Assembly (NCBI GenBank): GCA_963766075.1
Contig: CAVYAN010000105.1
Coordinates: 42,764-106,763, forward strand
DNA: 64,000 nt
Source of the DNA: an uncultured cyanobacterium
GTDB lineage: Bacteria; Cyanobacteriota; Cyanobacteriia; Leptolyngbyales; Leptolyngbyaceae
Direction of reading: 5' to 3'
Below are positions 1 through 11,587 of this stretch, piece after piece (positions within the stretch are counted from its first letter, which is position 1; the number at the start of each line of letters is the position of its first letter). The notes under the pieces are model-generated. The model saw nothing but the letters and a program-made list of their open reading frames with translations, had not been told where the DNA came from and did not search any database. The position numbers and the translations under genes are program-made.

Positions 1-166
1 TATTTCGCTTGTACAAATAACTGTCTGGATTAGTTGACTCAAAATCAATCAACGCATACAGATCGGCGGGCACATGCTTGAGAATTTCCTGCACCACCAG
101 TTCGGAGCCGCCGGTGGCGATCGGCGTCAGCCACTCATGCACCAAGGCGTACTTTAAATTTTTCAT
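1..166 (-). CDS. Glycosyltransferase family 4 protein, N-terminal part (runs off the window edge)
   Basis: Minus strand from ATG at 166 reads MKNLKYALVHEWLTPIATGGSELVVQEILKHVPADLYALIDFESTNP, a typical GT4 N-terminus (HEWL...GGSE). Confidence 0.8.
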   Translation of the reverse strand, partial: MKNLKYALVHEWLTPIATGGSELVVQEILKHVPADLYALIDFESTNPDSYLYKRN

Positions 167-272
167 CGAACCCCTTTCCATCGAACCCCTTTCTATCCCA
201 CCGGGCCTTGCACGCTAAAGCAAAGCATGCGCTTCCTATAAACCTATACCCTTAGCCCTGGGCACAGGCCGC

Positions 273-310
273 CAGCCGGGACAAAAAAAAGACCAACCTT
301 CCGGCTGGCC
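273..310 (-). terminator. Intrinsic terminator on the minus strand
   Basis: Minus strand reads GGCCAGCC-GGAA-GGTTGGTC followed by T8. Confidence 0.6.
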
Positions 311-406
311 CCCAAAAATGTTGTTCTCTCAAATGGAGGCACCACTTGCGCGTTCCCAAACGAGCAGCTGGCTAACCAGAATATCCAGTTCCCCCGGCTA
401 AACATC

Positions 407-420
407 GTAACAATAAATAC
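407..420. promoter_or_regulatory. NtcA-type box
   Basis: GTA-ACAATAAA-TAC matches GTA-N8-TAC in AT-rich intergenic DNA. Confidence 0.4.
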
Positions 421-520
421 AGATTCCTTGTTATGAAACTTTACGGGTTTCAGGAATTTTTCTATCGAAATACCTTATGAGATACTTGACAATCAGCAAG
501 ATTAGCCTATGAAACCAAGC

Positions 521-3500
521 TCAGGCGATCGCCGAATTCGCCATTGCGGCATACTGCTTCAGCGCAATTTTGAGATACTGCCCTGTAAATGACTGGGGAT
601 TCTGGGCCACATCCTCTGGCGTGCCAAAGGCAACGATTTCTCCGCCGCGATCGCCCCCCTCCGGGCCTAAATCAATCAACCAATCACTACAGCGAATCAC
701 GTCCATATTATGTTCAATCACCAAAATGGAGTTGCCCTTGTCAACCAACCGCTGCATCACATCCAACAACTTATGGACATCATAAAATGACAAACCAGTC
801 GTCGGTTCGTCAATTAAATACAGCGTTTTTCCCGTCGCTCGTCGAGACAATTCCGTCGCCAACTTGACCCGCTGCGCCTCACCACCCGACAGCGTAGGAG
901 CCGTTTGTCCCAGACGCACGTAGCCCAAGCCCACATCGGATAGGGTTTGCAATTTCACCGCGGCTTGGGGAATGTTTTGGAAAAAATCTACGGCTTCATC
1001 AACGGTCATATCCAAAACATCAGCGATGGATTTACCCTTAAACTTCACCTGTAACGTCTCCCGGTTATAGCGCGCCCCCTTGCAGACTTCGCACTGGACA
1101 TAAACATCCGGCAGGAAGTTCATTTCAATCACATTAACACCCTGACCACCACAGGCTTCACATCGTCCACCCTTGACGTTAAAGGAAAACTGCCCCGGCT
1201 TGTAGCCCCTAGCCTTGGCCTCGATCGTGCCGGAAAACACATCCCGGACAATATCAAATACACCCGTATAGGTGGCGGGATTAGAGCGGGGCGTGCGGCC
1301 AATCGGGGACTGATCAATGACGATCGCCTTATCCAGGGCATTCAGCCCAGTCAGTTGATCCATGTGTTTGGGTAGGGGAACCTTACTGCCAAAGTGATGT
1401 TGCAGAGAGGGGTAAAGCAGTTCATTCACCAGCGTTGATTTCCCGGAACCCGACACTCCCGTAATGCAGACCAGCTTGCCCAGGGGGATTTCCACATCGA
1501 TATGCTTGAGATTATTGCGGTGGGCATTTTGGATGATCAGCGATCGCCCATTACCCGGTCTGCGTCCCGCCGGAGTCAGAATCACTTCCCGTCCAGAAAG
1601 ATACGCCCCAGTCAACGATTCCGGTGCATTTAAGACATTTTCTAGACTACCCTGGGCAATAATTCGGCCCCCATGCACGCCCGCCCCTGGCCCAATATCC
1701 ACCACATGATCCGCCGCTCGCATGGTTTCTTCATCATGCTCAACCACAATTAACGTGTTGCCCAAGTCCCGCAACTTGATCAGCGTATTCAGCAGCCGCG
1801 TATTGTCCCGTTGGTGCAGCCCAATGCTGGGCTCATCTAAGACATACAGCACGCCCGTTAATCCAGACCCAATTTGGGTGGCTAGACGAATCCGCTGGGC
1901 CTCCCCACCCGAAAGCGTCATCGCCGCCCGATCGAGGGATAAATAATCCAGCCCCACATCTAACAGAAACTGCAATCGGGCCTTAATTTCCCGGAGCACT
2001 AAGTCCGCAATTTGGGCCTGCCGCGAACTCAGATGCAGATCATTCACCCGATTTAAACATTCCCGGATCGAGACACTGGACAGCTCGTGAATGCGGTATT
2101 GGCCCATGCGCACCGCCAAGGCTTCTGGCTTCAGCCGCTTGCCACTGCACACGTCGCAGGGCTGCTCAACCAGATATTGCTCCATTTTTTGCTTCTGAGG
2201 ATCGGACCCCGCTTCTTGATATTGTCGCTCCAGGATCGGCAGAATTCCTTCGTAGCGGCGGTTATAGCCTTTGTTCTCGCGATAGCGGGAATCCACTTCG
2301 ATCCAAATGGGATCCTTGGAGCCGTGCAGCAAAACATTTTGCTGCTCTGCGCTCAAATCTTTCCAGGCAGTTTTGAGGTCAAAGCCAAAGGCCGTGGCCA
2401 CACTGAACAGTAGGGAAAGGTAGTAGGTATTGTCTTTATCAGACCAAGGAGCGATCGCCGCGTACACGGGCAGCTCGGGGTTGGGAATCACCAGTTCTGC
2501 CGAAAACTTGCGATGGTAGCCCAAGCCGTGGCAAGCAGGGCAGGCCCCGTAGGGCGAGTTAAAGGAAAAGAGGCGGGGAGATAGCTCCTCCATCACAGCC
2601 CCATGGTCTGGGCAGGCAAAGTTTTCAGAAAATACCAACGGCGAAACGGGCTTGTCCGGGGATTGGTCCGGCGTGGTGAAAGACTCTGCCGTTTTAGCCA
2701 ATCCATAGTCGCCGCCCTTTTCGGCGGCCTTTAGAGACTTACGATCCGACAGTTCGATCACTTTGCCTTTTTCAGCGGATCGCGCCGACGGCGTTTCATC
2801 CGCAATAATATCGATCACGGCAATGCCTTCAGCATGGCGCAGACAAGTGCTGAGGGAATCGACCAGGCGTTCTTGAATATCGGCTTTTTTGACGAGGCGA
2901 TCGACCACAATTTCAATCGTGTGGGTTTGGTTTTTATCGAGCTCGATCGCATCACTCAGTTCCCGCACTTCGCCGTTAATCCGAACCCGCACAAACCCTT
3001 CGGCAGCAAGGCTGGATAACAGCTTTTTGTGAGTGCCCTTCTTGCCCCGCACTACCGGAGCCAGGATTTGAAACCGCGTGCGATCTGGCAATTCCATAAT
3101 GCGATCGCACATTTGGTCAATGGACTGGGGCGCAATGGAGCGATCGCACTGGGGGCAATGCGGCTCCCCGGCCCGCCCGTACAGCAACCGCATATAGTCA
3201 TAAATTTCTGTGACGGTGCCCACGCTCGAACGGGGATTATGGGAAGTGGACTTTTGGTCAATGGAAATGGCAGGACTCAGTCCCTCGATCGCATCGACAT
3301 CCGGCTTATCCACCTGACCCAAAAACTGACGGGCATAGGCGCTGAGGGACTCAACGTAGCGGCGCTGGCCTTCAGCAAAGATTGTGTCAAAGGCCAAGGA
3401 AGACTTGCCCGAACCGGATACACCTGTGAACACGATTAAGCGATCGCGCGGCAGTTCCAAGTCAATATTTTTCAGGTTGTGCTGCCGTGCCCCCCGAATG

Positions 3501-3658
3501 CGAATCATGTTCCGATCTGTATCCCGACCGGCTGGAGAAATATCCCCCCCAGTTTCTCCCACACTGGGGGGGATAGCTTGCGCGTCAGCCGCTTTCTTGG
3601 CGGAACTCCGATTACTTCGAGCATTCGCAGATTGGGGCATACAGGCAACAGGAAACAA
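521..3658 (-). CDS. uvrA: Excinuclease ABC subunit A (true start may be further in)
   Basis: IRIRGARQHNLKN, two Walker A motifs (GVSGSGKS), LSGGEAQR signatures, zinc fingers. Confidence 0.98.
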   Translation of the reverse strand: MFPVACMPQSANARSNRSSAKKAADAQAIPPSVGETGGDISPAGRDTDRNMIRIRGARQHNLKNIDLELPRDRLIVFTGVSGSGKSSLAFDTIFAEGQRRYVESLSAYARQFLGQVDKPDVDAIEGLSPAISIDQKSTSHNPRSSVGTVTEIYDYMRLLYGRAGEPHCPQCDRSIAPQSIDQMCDRIMELPDRTRFQILAPVVRGKKGTHKKLLSSLAAEGFVRVRINGEVRELSDAIELDKNQTHTIEIVVDRLVKKADIQERLVDSLSTCLRHAEGIAVIDIIADETPSARSAEKGKVIELSDRKSLKAAEKGGDYGLAKTAESFTTPDQSPDKPVSPLVFSENFACPDHGAVMEELSPRLFSFNSPYGACPACHGLGYHRKFSAELVIPNPELPVYAAIAPWSDKDNTYYLSLLFSVATAFGFDLKTAWKDLSAEQQNVLLHGSKDPIWIEVDSRYRENKGYNRRYEGILPILERQYQEAGSDPQKQKMEQYLVEQPCDVCSGKRLKPEALAVRMGQYRIHELSSVSIRECLNRVNDLHLSSRQAQIADLVLREIKARLQFLLDVGLDYLSLDRAAMTLSGGEAQRIRLATQIGSGLTGVLYVLDEPSIGLHQRDNTRLLNTLIKLRDLGNTLIVVEHDEETMRAADHVVDIGPGAGVHGGRIIAQGSLENVLNAPESLTGAYLSGREVILTPAGRRPGNGRSLIIQNAHRNNLKHIDVEIPLGKLVCITGVSGSGKSTLVNELLYPSLQHHFGSKVPLPKHMDQLTGLNALDKAIVIDQSPIGRTPRSNPATYTGVFDIVRDVFSGTIEAKARGYKPGQFSFNVKGGRCEACGGQGVNVIEMNFLPDVYVQCEVCKGARYNRETLQVKFKGKSIADVLDMTVDEAVDFFQNIPQAAVKLQTLSDVGLGYVRLGQTAPTLSGGEAQRVKLATELSRRATGKTLYLIDEPTTGLSFYDVHKLLDVMQRLVDKGNSILVIEHNMDVIRCSDWLIDLGPEGGDRGGEIVAFGTPEDVAQNPQSFTGQYLKIALKQYAAMANSAIA

Positions 3659-3758
3659 GTCTTAATGATTCTATCGCTCCTAGAGGCTGATCACCAGTAT
3701 TAACGATCTAGAGCAGGCCAGTATTAAGGATCTAGAGCAGGACGGGCAGAGTTCTCCT

Positions 3759-4319
3759 TCAGCCTGCCTGTACCCGAGCCAGGGGCGTGGGCAATCCATC
3801 GATACTAACGCGATTGTTCTGGCGATGATAGTCCTGTAACCCAGCGGCTCCTTTCTGGGTCGCCCAAGTGACCAAGCCTTCGCGCTGTGTCACGGGTTCG
3901 TAAAGGGGCACTCCCATGCCACAGGAAGTCTGGATACGATCAAGATCAGCAACAATGATTTGCCGCGTCCCCGGCAGCAGTGTAAATTCCGCAGACAGGG
4001 CGTCCCACTCGGCATCCTCGGGCAAAACCGTGTAACCACGGCCATACAGGCGCAAAATCTTGGGCGGTCCCTGAAAGGCACAAAACATGAGGGTAATCCG
4101 TCTATTTTCCTGTAAATGGGCAGAGGTTTCATTGCCGCTACCCGTCACATCGAGATAGGCCACGCGGGTGGGCGAAAGCATCCGAAAGCTATCAAAGCCC
4201 TTGGGTGACAGGTTGACATGTCCCGTAGAGCCGAGGGGCGCGGTAGCCACGAAAAACATCTGCTGAGCAGTAATGAAGTGGCAGAGATCGTCGGTGATGC
4301 GATCGAATAATTTGGCCAT
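3759..4319 (-). CDS. Pyridoxamine 5'-phosphate oxidase family (FMN-binding) protein
   Basis: FFVATAP..GHVNLSPKG, YLDVTGSGNETSAHL, QTSCGMGVP motifs. Confidence 0.85.
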   Translation of the reverse strand: MAKLFDRITDDLCHFITAQQMFFVATAPLGSTGHVNLSPKGFDSFRMLSPTRVAYLDVTGSGNETSAHLQENRRITLMFCAFQGPPKILRLYGRGYTVLPEDAEWDALSAEFTLLPGTRQIIVADLDRIQTSCGMGVPLYEPVTQREGLVTWATQKGAAGLQDYHRQNNRVSIDGLPTPLARVQAG

Positions 4320-4409
4320 AGAAAATTCCCTAGAATTAACGGCACCAAACCCGTGAAGCTGTCCAAGGGGCGTCTTGCCGACTCAAGCGTTTTGATTCAA
4401 GCACTTAAA

Positions 4410-4679
4410 TCAAAATGCTTGAATCCATTCCTTGACGGTGTATTCGGTCCAAATACCGTTTTTCCAATAAGGATCCCCTTCGATCAGGTGGCGTACCGTC
4501 GCTTCATCGGCAGCGTCATAGAGGCCAAACACCTGGGTTAAATCCTGAGTGGGACCAATGGTGAGTAGCACACCCGTCGCTTTTTGCTGGGCCAGACCAT
4601 CCAAGTGGGCTTGGCGATAAGGAACTCGCTTTTCCAGCACATCGTCACAATAACGGCCCCAAAGCACGTATTTTGTCAT
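4410..4679 (-). CDS. YciI family protein
   Basis: MTKYVLWG..R..HLDGL..GP..DPY, YciI-like; start set at the ATG of MTKY. Confidence 0.8.
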   Translation of the reverse strand: MTKYVLWGRYCDDVLEKRVPYRQAHLDGLAQQKATGVLLTIGPTQDLTQVFGLYDAADEATVRHLIEGDPYWKNGIWTEYTVKEWIQAF

Positions 4680-4776
4680 AGGAAACAAGGAGGGGGGTAA
4701 GAAATTAAAAAGGAAGAAGAGGAACAATCAAATCAACAATTCCACGAGATAGGGATAGAGAGAATTTCCCCACCCC

Positions 4777-7347
4777 CTAGCTCCGCAGTTCTACACGGAA
4801 TTTTTCGACGAGCGCTTCCCGAACCTTTTGATGCACGGGTTCAATATCAGCGTCGGTCAACGTGCGATCGCCCGCCCGATACACCAGCCGAAACGCCAAA
4901 CTGCGCTGCGCTGCCGTCACATTTTGGCCGCGATACTCATCAAATAAGCTGACACTATCCAAAAGTTTGCCGCCCATCTTGCGCATAGTCCGCTCCAAGT
5001 CGGCCACAGTAACCTGGGTAGATACAAAGAAAGCTAGATCGCGATCGGAGGGTGGATAGGTAGAATAGGCTTGGAAAACGGGCACCCGCACCGATTCCCG
5101 ATCCATAAAGTCAAAGGCCACATCCACCTGGAGCTCAAAGGCGTAGACTTCATCGGGCAAACCCCGTTCCTGTCGCAGTTGGGGGTGCAATTGGCCAAAG
5201 GTACCCAAGCGCGTGCCATTAACCCAAAGGGACGCCGTCCGCCCCGGATGCAGACGGGCATCCCGGCGATCGGGCTGGAATTCCACCGGCAACCCCAGCC
5301 GCTGTAACACACTTTCCAGTAGCCCTTTAGCCGCAAACCAGTCCATCGGCTGCGATCGCCCACTCCGCATCCAGCGCCCCTGACTCGGATCGCCCCCCAT
5401 GATACCCCCTAGGGACTCTGCCTCTAGCAAGCCATCCTCATCGGTCCAAAAAACCTGACCGATTTCAAAGGCATTCAGGGGGCCATTTCCCTGCTCCAAA
5501 TTGTATTGAAAGGCATCGATTAAGCCCCCCATCAAGTCTGTGCGCAGGGCTGAAAATTCCGTAAACAAAGGATTCCTCAGCACAATTTGGCGATCGTCTC
5601 CCGGCTTACCCAAGGAATAATGCATCACCTCCGTCAGCCCGATCGCGCGGAACGCCTCCCGCAATCGCCGCTTCAGCATTTGCTCAATCGACAAATAGCC
5701 AAATTCCGCCTGGGCAGGCAACGTTTCCTCAAAATTGTTGTAGCCGTAAACCCGAGCAATTTCTTCAATCAGGTCAATTTCCCGCTCCAAGTCCCGATAT
5801 CGGTAGGGGGTCGTCACCGTCCAACCCTCAATTTCGCCCTCAATTTCGCCCTCAATTTCGCGCTCGGCGGCGTCCTCAACTGGGCTAGCGGCACCTCCCG
5901 CAACAACGGCCAGAGGCGACAGCACACAGCCCAAGGCCGTCAGAATCCGCTCAATTTCAGATGCGGGCAGTGCCCCAGTCTCTGGCGTACCCGCCTCGTC
6001 GGCTAACCGCACATCCCCCAGTACTTGATGCACTCGATCCAGGCGCAGCTTCACAGAGCGCGTCAGGTTACCACTGCGGGCATCGGCGGTAACTTGGCTG
6101 ACCACCGTGCCACTGGCCAATTGCTGCAATAACTCCAGCGCCCGGGCGCAAGCCACTTCGAGTTCCGCTTGGTTCACGCCCCGTTCGTAGCGGGCCGAGG
6201 CTTCTGTGCGCATGCCCAGCGATCGCGCCGATCGCCGCACCACCGCTGGATCAAACAGCGCCGCCTCCAACAACAAATTCTGGGTTTCCGGCTGCACCTC
6301 CGTGGCCGCCCCGCCCATCACACCCGCCAAGGCCACAGGCCGATTCCCTGCCGTAATCAGCAACGTCTGCCCATTCAATGGCCGCTCTTGGCCATCCAGG
6401 GTTTTCAAGGTTTCACCCGCCTCAGCAAAACGCACACCCACCTGAAGATCGTCGGCACCGTCACGAGCCACCGAACTGCCCGAAGTCGCGGTCCCCACCG
6501 CCAAAAGTGCATCCCGATCAAAGGCGTGGAGTGGTTGACCCCACTCCAATAAAATGTAGTTGGTCACATCCACCACATTATTGATGGGACGGGTTCCTGC
6601 CGCCTGCAACCGCTGCTGCAACCAGCGGGGCGAAGGGCCAATCTGTAGACCTTCTACAACAGTGCCAATGTAGGCCGGACAGGCTTGCGCCTCAGCAATA
6701 GTCAGAGCCAAACGCTTGCTCCCAGCACCGTCAGCAGTGGGCACAGCGATCGCTCCAGGCTGGGGCAACTTCAGAGGCAAACCCGTCAATGCCGCTACCT
6801 CCCGCGCAATCCCCACCATACTCAAAGCATCCGCCCGATTCGCCGTCGAGGTCAAGTCCAAAATCACATCATCCAGCCCCAGCAGCGGCCTGACGTCCAT
6901 CCCCGGCTGCAATCCCTCTGACACAAAGCTGTGAATCCCCTCCGATTCCTTGATCAACCCCAATTCCGCCAGAGAGCAAATCATGCCCTTAGACTCAACT
7001 CCCCGCAGTTTGGCTGGTTTAATCTTCAACCCCGCCTCCCCAACCTGAGGCAAAAATGTCCCCAACGTCGCCACAGGCACCCACAGCCCCGCCGCCACAT
7101 TGGCCGCACCACAGACAATCGTCGAAGGGTCTGCCGCACCAATATCTACAGTACAGACACTCAGCTTATCTGCATTGGGATGGGGTTGCCGCTCCAGCAC
7201 CTTGCCCACTACCACACCCGCTGCCCAGGTCCGACGGTCTTCAATATCCTCCACCTCGAATCCTGCCATGGTCAGCAAATCGGCCATGGCCTCTGGCGAC
7301 AGGGTGAAATTGACCAGCTCTCGCAACCAGTTCAGGGAAATACGCAT
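4777..7347 (-). CDS. pheT: Phenylalanine--tRNA ligase beta subunit
   Basis: [32 protein letters not shown]-terminal FDX-ACB domain. Confidence 0.98.
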   Translation of the reverse strand: MRISLNWLRELVNFTLSPEAMADLLTMAGFEVEDIEDRRTWAAGVVVGKVLERQPHPNADKLSVCTVDIGAADPSTIVCGAANVAAGLWVPVATLGTFLPQVGEAGLKIKPAKLRGVESKGMICSLAELGLIKESEGIHSFVSEGLQPGMDVRPLLGLDDVILDLTSTANRADALSMVGIAREVAALTGLPLKLPQPGAIAVPTADGAGSKRLALTIAEAQACPAYIGTVVEGLQIGPSPRWLQQRLQAAGTRPINNVVDVTNYILLEWGQPLHAFDRDALLAVGTATSGSSVARDGADDLQVGVRFAEAGETLKTLDGQERPLNGQTLLITAGNRPVALAGVMGGAATEVQPETQNLLLEAALFDPAVVRRSARSLGMRTEASARYERGVNQAELEVACARALELLQQLASGTVVSQVTADARSGNLTRSVKLRLDRVHQVLGDVRLADEAGTPETGALPASEIERILTALGCVLSPLAVVAGGAASPVEDAAEREIEGEIEGEIEGWTVTTPYRYRDLEREIDLIEEIARVYGYNNFEETLPAQAEFGYLSIEQMLKRRLREAFRAIGLTEVMHYSLGKPGDDRQIVLRNPLFTEFSALRTDLMGGLIDAFQYNLEQGNGPLNAFEIGQVFWTDEDGLLEAESLGGIMGGDPSQGRWMRSGRSQPMDWFAAKGLLESVLQRLGLPVEFQPDRRDARLHPGRTASLWVNGTRLGTFGQLHPQLRQERGLPDEVYAFELQVDVAFDFMDRESVRVPVFQAYSTYPPSDRDLAFFVSTQVTVADLERTMRKMGGKLLDSVSLFDEYRGQNVTAAQRSLAFRLVYRAGDRTLTDADIEPVHQKVREALVEKFRVELRS

Positions 7348-8213
7348 ACACTTAACGACTCTGTAATGACAGCCTGACGAGACGCCCGACTATAAATTTA
7401 TCCCTATGATTCTATCCTTCCGTGGGTTCTCTCTTGATTGGCTTTCGCTGAAAAAGCAACGCCCTGATCCTGATCCTGCCCCCAATTGTCTAGCCCTTCC
7501 CACTAATCCATCCTGATAAACGCCCTGTCAAGGGCAATGCCCCGGTTGACACCCCATGAACTTCCCTCTACCATTTACGGCTTATTCTACTTTTTCAGCA
7601 CTCTTGCACGGTTAAGTAGATTAGTGCAATTAAATGTGAAATCAACTCGGCAGACTGACCGCCATGCCTGTGCAAGGCAGGAGTGAGACTGACAGTGCGT
7701 CTACTCTTCGAGGGAAGAGTGAGAGAGGTGAATTGCCCATTTAATGACACTTTAATGACACTGGTCTACTGAAACGTTTAGGGCTTTTCTCAAAGTCGGT
7801 AGGGATCCCAAAGCCAATCTCTAACAATTTGGAAGAGGGAAATGTGCCTAGTATTTAGAGAAGCTGTCCTGAAAATGGCGTTGTATCTAAAATTTGGAAA
7901 AGGGAAGTGTACTGGATGGCTGGACAACTTGTTCTGGAAATTTCGTTTATGGGCAAGTTAAATGAGGGTGGATCTTGAAGAGTTTGTAGAGCCCGTAAAG
8001 TTTGGCGATTTAGGGATCCTGAACTTCTGGGGATGCGTGCATATTAATAGATACATGATCATTGATGCACAGCAGCCTCAGCAGCTCTATCATGGGGGTT
8101 TCCCACATTCGGGTTTTCCAGTGAAATTTTCCCTTTTTTGCGGCTCCTGCTCCGATAATGGTAGGGACGGGTGACGATTATTGATCGATACAAGTCATAG
8201 CGAGTGCTGCTAG

Positions 8214-9869
8214 ATGAGCTACTGTCTCAATCCAGACTGCCCCAATCCGAATAACACGACCCAAAGCCAGGTGTGTCAGGCTTGTGGTACTGGTCTGATG
8301 CTGCGCGATCGCTATCGCATCATGCAGCCCCTAGGGCAGGGTGGATTTGGCGCGACCTACCTTGCCATTGACGAATCCCTACCGGGACACCCCAATTGCG
8401 TGATCAAGCAATTGCGCCCGACGGTGAGCGCCCCCCACATTTTGCAAATGGCGCGGGAGCTGTTTGATCGCGAAGCCCAAACCCTGGGGCGCATTGGTAA
8501 TCATCCTCAGGTGCCTCGCTTGCTGGATTTCTTTGAAGCAAATCAGGAATTCTATCTTGTCCAAGAATATGTAAGCGGTTACACCCTCCAGCAGGAAGTG
8601 AAGCGCGACGGCAAGATTAGTGAGCATGGCGTTAAGCAAATCCTGAGTGAAATCCTACCCGTGCTGGAATATATCCACAGTAATCGGGTGATTCATCGGG
8701 ATATTAAGCCGGCCAACATTATTCGTCGCACCCAAGATAATCGACTGGTACTCATTGATTTTGGTGCCGTGAAGTATCAGGCGCAACCCCAAGCCGATGC
8801 CTCGGAACATACGGCCTTTACGTCCTACGCGATCGGGACGCCCGGTTTTGCCCCGCCTGAGCAGATGGCCATGCGTCCGGTGCCCGCCAGCGATATTTAT
8901 GCCCTCGGGGTAACCTGCATCTATTTGCTGACAGGCAAATCCCCGAAGGACTTGGACTATGACCCCACCACGGGAGAACTGCTGTGGCAGCGCCATGTCA
9001 ATATCAGTGAGCACTTTATCAACGTTTTGAAGAAAATGCTGGAGGTATCAGTCCGGCATCGCTACCAAACCGCAAACGAAATTTTTCGGGCCTTAGATTT
9101 GGAGCCCTATCTCGATAGTTTGGCGAATGGGATGCTGTCGGCAAAGCCGGGATCCAAGGGCGATCGCCGGAATCCAGACTATCGCCCTGACTCCACAGGC
9201 AATGATCTGCCTGCCTCTTCGCCCTCCTCCCCGGCGGCGCGGGCCGCGATGGCGATTCGGGCACGGCAGTATCGCGCGGATGCCACAAATGTGCAGCCCG
9301 GTCCTGCCCGCAACCGGGTCTTGGCCCCACGGACGTCCAATGTCGCTATGCGCAGCAAAGATTCGACGGGGCAAGGACAAGATTCAGGCAGCAAAGGCCG
9401 GGATACGACCGGAGGGGATCGGGCGCGGCCAGTACCCGCACGATTGGATGCAAACGGGCTGCAAGGGTACTACAGCCGAGGCAAACGCGATTTTTCTGCC
9501 CATGATCTCAGCAACCTGAGTTTGCCTCGGGCTAATTTATCTGGTGCGATGTTTAATCAGGCCAATCTGAGTGGGGTCAATTTGCAGGGGGCCACTCTGC
9601 TAGGGACGGATTTTGGTCGGGCCAATCTTACCCGTGCCAATTTGCGGGATGCGAAGCTGGCCAAAGCCTATCTCAGCAATGCAGATTTGGAGGGAGCCGA
9701 CCTGCGCGGTGCGGACCTGAGTGCTGCCTACCTGCTGAATGCCAACCTGCGGGGAGCAAACCTGTGTGGGGCCAATTTATCGGGGGCAAAACTTACGGAA
9801 GAACAGTTGGCCTCTGCCCGCACCAATTGGTTCACGGTGCGGCCCAATGGTAGACGGGGAACAGGGTAA
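8214..9869 (+). CDS. Ser/Thr protein kinase with C-terminal pentapeptide repeats (SpkB-like)
   Basis: CLNPDC zinc ribbon, LGQGGFG, HRDIKPAN, DFG, then A(N/D)LxG repeats. Confidence 0.93.
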   Translation: MSYCLNPDCPNPNNTTQSQVCQACGTGLMLRDRYRIMQPLGQGGFGATYLAIDESLPGHPNCVIKQLRPTVSAPHILQMARELFDREAQTLGRIGNHPQVPRLLDFFEANQEFYLVQEYVSGYTLQQEVKRDGKISEHGVKQILSEILPVLEYIHSNRVIHRDIKPANIIRRTQDNRLVLIDFGAVKYQAQPQADASEHTAFTSYAIGTPGFAPPEQMAMRPVPASDIYALGVTCIYLLTGKSPKDLDYDPTTGELLWQRHVNISEHFINVLKKMLEVSVRHRYQTANEIFRALDLEPYLDSLANGMLSAKPGSKGDRRNPDYRPDSTGNDLPASSPSSPAARAAMAIRARQYRADATNVQPGPARNRVLAPRTSNVAMRSKDSTGQGQDSGSKGRDTTGGDRARPVPARLDANGLQGYYSRGKRDFSAHDLSNLSLPRANLSGAMFNQANLSGVNLQGATLLGTDFGRANLTRANLRDAKLAKAYLSNADLEGADLRGADLSAAYLLNANLRGANLCGANLSGAKLTEEQLASARTNWFTVRPNGRRGTG

Positions 9870-9974
9870 GGGGAGTCGGATCGCTGATAATAGGGGCATC
9901 GGGGAGCGGGGCATCGGGGAGCGGGGCATCGGAGAACATCGGATAGTTGCAGATGGATAGTCGGGCGCGGTGAT

Positions 9975-10817
9975 TTGATGGAACTCAGGAAGGATGAAGT
10001 CAGGCTGCCAGAGGCTTTGGGTGGGAATGTTCTGCAAAAGGAACAGGTTTTTCATGATCGATGGGCTGCGGCCATCGATATTGATGGCATCCAGGTGGCG
10101 GATTATTTTGAGGTCTGTACCGCCCCTGAAAACCGCTTTATCGTGCAGAATTTGGGCGAGGTGCGGGGCAAGTATCTCTTAGATTTGGGCTGCGGGGCCG
10201 GGGAAAATAGCGTCTATTTTGCACGGCGGGGAGCCCGGTGCGTGGCGGCGGACTGCTCACCGGGCATGGTGGATGTAGCGCTAAAACTCGCTGCGGCCTA
10301 CGGGGTCGAGATTGAAGGCTGTACGGTGGATGCCTTAGCCATTGCCTTTCCCGATGACACATTTGATATTGTCTACGCCTCGAATTTACTGCACCATATT
10401 CCGGATCCCCTGCTGGCCCTGCGGGAAATCCATCGCGTCTTGAAACCGGGAGGCAAGGTGTGTTTTTGGGATCCGCTCCGGCATAACCCAGTGATTAATG
10501 TGTACCGGCGAATGGCAACGGCGGTACGGACGGAGGATGAAATGCCGCTGGATATTGGCATTCTGGAGGCGGTGCGATCGCTCTTCTCCCACACAGAAAG
10601 TGATACCTTCTGGATTGCCACGCTGTGGATTTTCCTGCGCTTCTATCTGATCGACCGGATTCATCCGAATGAGGATCGCTACTGGAAAAAAATCATTCGG
10701 GAGCATGCGCAGTTGGCCCCCCAGTATCACCGCCTGGAAGCGGTGGATCGCCTGCTGAAGAAGCTGCCGGGAATGCGGCGCATGGCCTGGAATCTGGCGG
10801 TGGTCGCAACCAAATAG
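9975..10817 (+). CDS. Class I SAM-dependent methyltransferase
   Basis: LLDLGCGAG motif I; FDIVY..LLHH..RVLKPGG. Confidence 0.9.
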   Translation: MMELRKDEVRLPEALGGNVLQKEQVFHDRWAAAIDIDGIQVADYFEVCTAPENRFIVQNLGEVRGKYLLDLGCGAGENSVYFARRGARCVAADCSPGMVDVALKLAAAYGVEIEGCTVDALAIAFPDDTFDIVYASNLLHHIPDPLLALREIHRVLKPGGKVCFWDPLRHNPVINVYRRMATAVRTEDEMPLDIGILEAVRSLFSHTESDTFWIATLWIFLRFYLIDRIHPNEDRYWKKIIREHAQLAPQYHRLEAVDRLLKKLPGMRRMAWNLAVVATK

Positions 10818-10960
10818 GGCAGCCCGGTTCCATTCCTGAAATCGCCCGATTCTTATTTGTCGGATTTTTGAAAATCTTTTGGGTTTCCAGAAGAAGTCAG
10901 CCGATGGGGGAGAATGGGTTGGATAGAACCGACTCACCTAGGACGCAAAGGAACACACAG

Positions 10961-11521
10961 ATGATGAAACGATGGGTGAAACGGAGTGTGGTGGGCTGGC
11001 TCAGCCTCGGTGGAGTTTTATTTGCGCTGGAGGGGGCGATTGCCGCCCAGCCCGCCGATGTGCAGCGGTTGATCAATCAACGGGACTGTCCCAACTGTGA
11101 TTTGTCCGAGGTCAGCTTGTTCAGCTACATCCTGGAGGGTGCCAATCTAGAGGGCGCAAACCTGCGCGGAGCCACCTTCCAAGGCTGCAATTTGAATGCG
11201 GCCAATCTCTCCAACGCCATGCTGGCAGGGGCAAACCTAGCGTTGGTGCAATTGCAGCGGGCAATTTTACAGGGCGCAAATTTATCCAAAGCCTACCTTT
11301 ATGCCACCGATCTCGTCCAGGCAGACCTCAGCGGAGCTGATCTACGCGAAGCCAATCTAGAAGGCGCAGACCTGCGGGGAGCAAATCTGACTGGCGCAAA
11401 TTTAGAAAAAGCCAACCTATTTCGGGCCAAGCTGCGCGGGGCAAATTTGACCGGAGCTAAGCTTGATCGGGCGCGGATGCCCGATGGCAGTGTCTATAAA
11501 GGCGATGGGCGCAAACAGTAG
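10961..11521 (+). CDS. Exported pentapeptide repeat protein
   Basis: Signal-peptide-like N-terminus, CPNCDL, ANLxG repeats, terminal MPDG. Confidence 0.9.
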   Translation: MMKRWVKRSVVGWLSLGGVLFALEGAIAAQPADVQRLINQRDCPNCDLSEVSLFSYILEGANLEGANLRGATFQGCNLNAANLSNAMLAGANLALVQLQRAILQGANLSKAYLYATDLVQADLSGADLREANLEGADLRGANLTGANLEKANLFRAKLRGANLTGAKLDRARMPDGSVYKGDGRKQ

Positions 11522-11587
11522 GACGCCTACTGCGCGGGGCAGTCGCTATACAATCGAGTTAACTGCTGGATTTTGGAAATCGCCTTT

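Noticed and set aside
2640..2810. Intein or mobile insertion in UvrA
   Set aside because: Short low-complexity loop with no splicing motifs (no Cys/Ser start, no His-Asn end)
7348..8213. RNA gene or hidden ORF in the long pheT-kinase intergenic region (also 38543-39349 and 48704-49379)
   Set aside because: No tRNA cloverleaf, known ncRNA signature or convincing coding frame recognised; looks like promoter DNA
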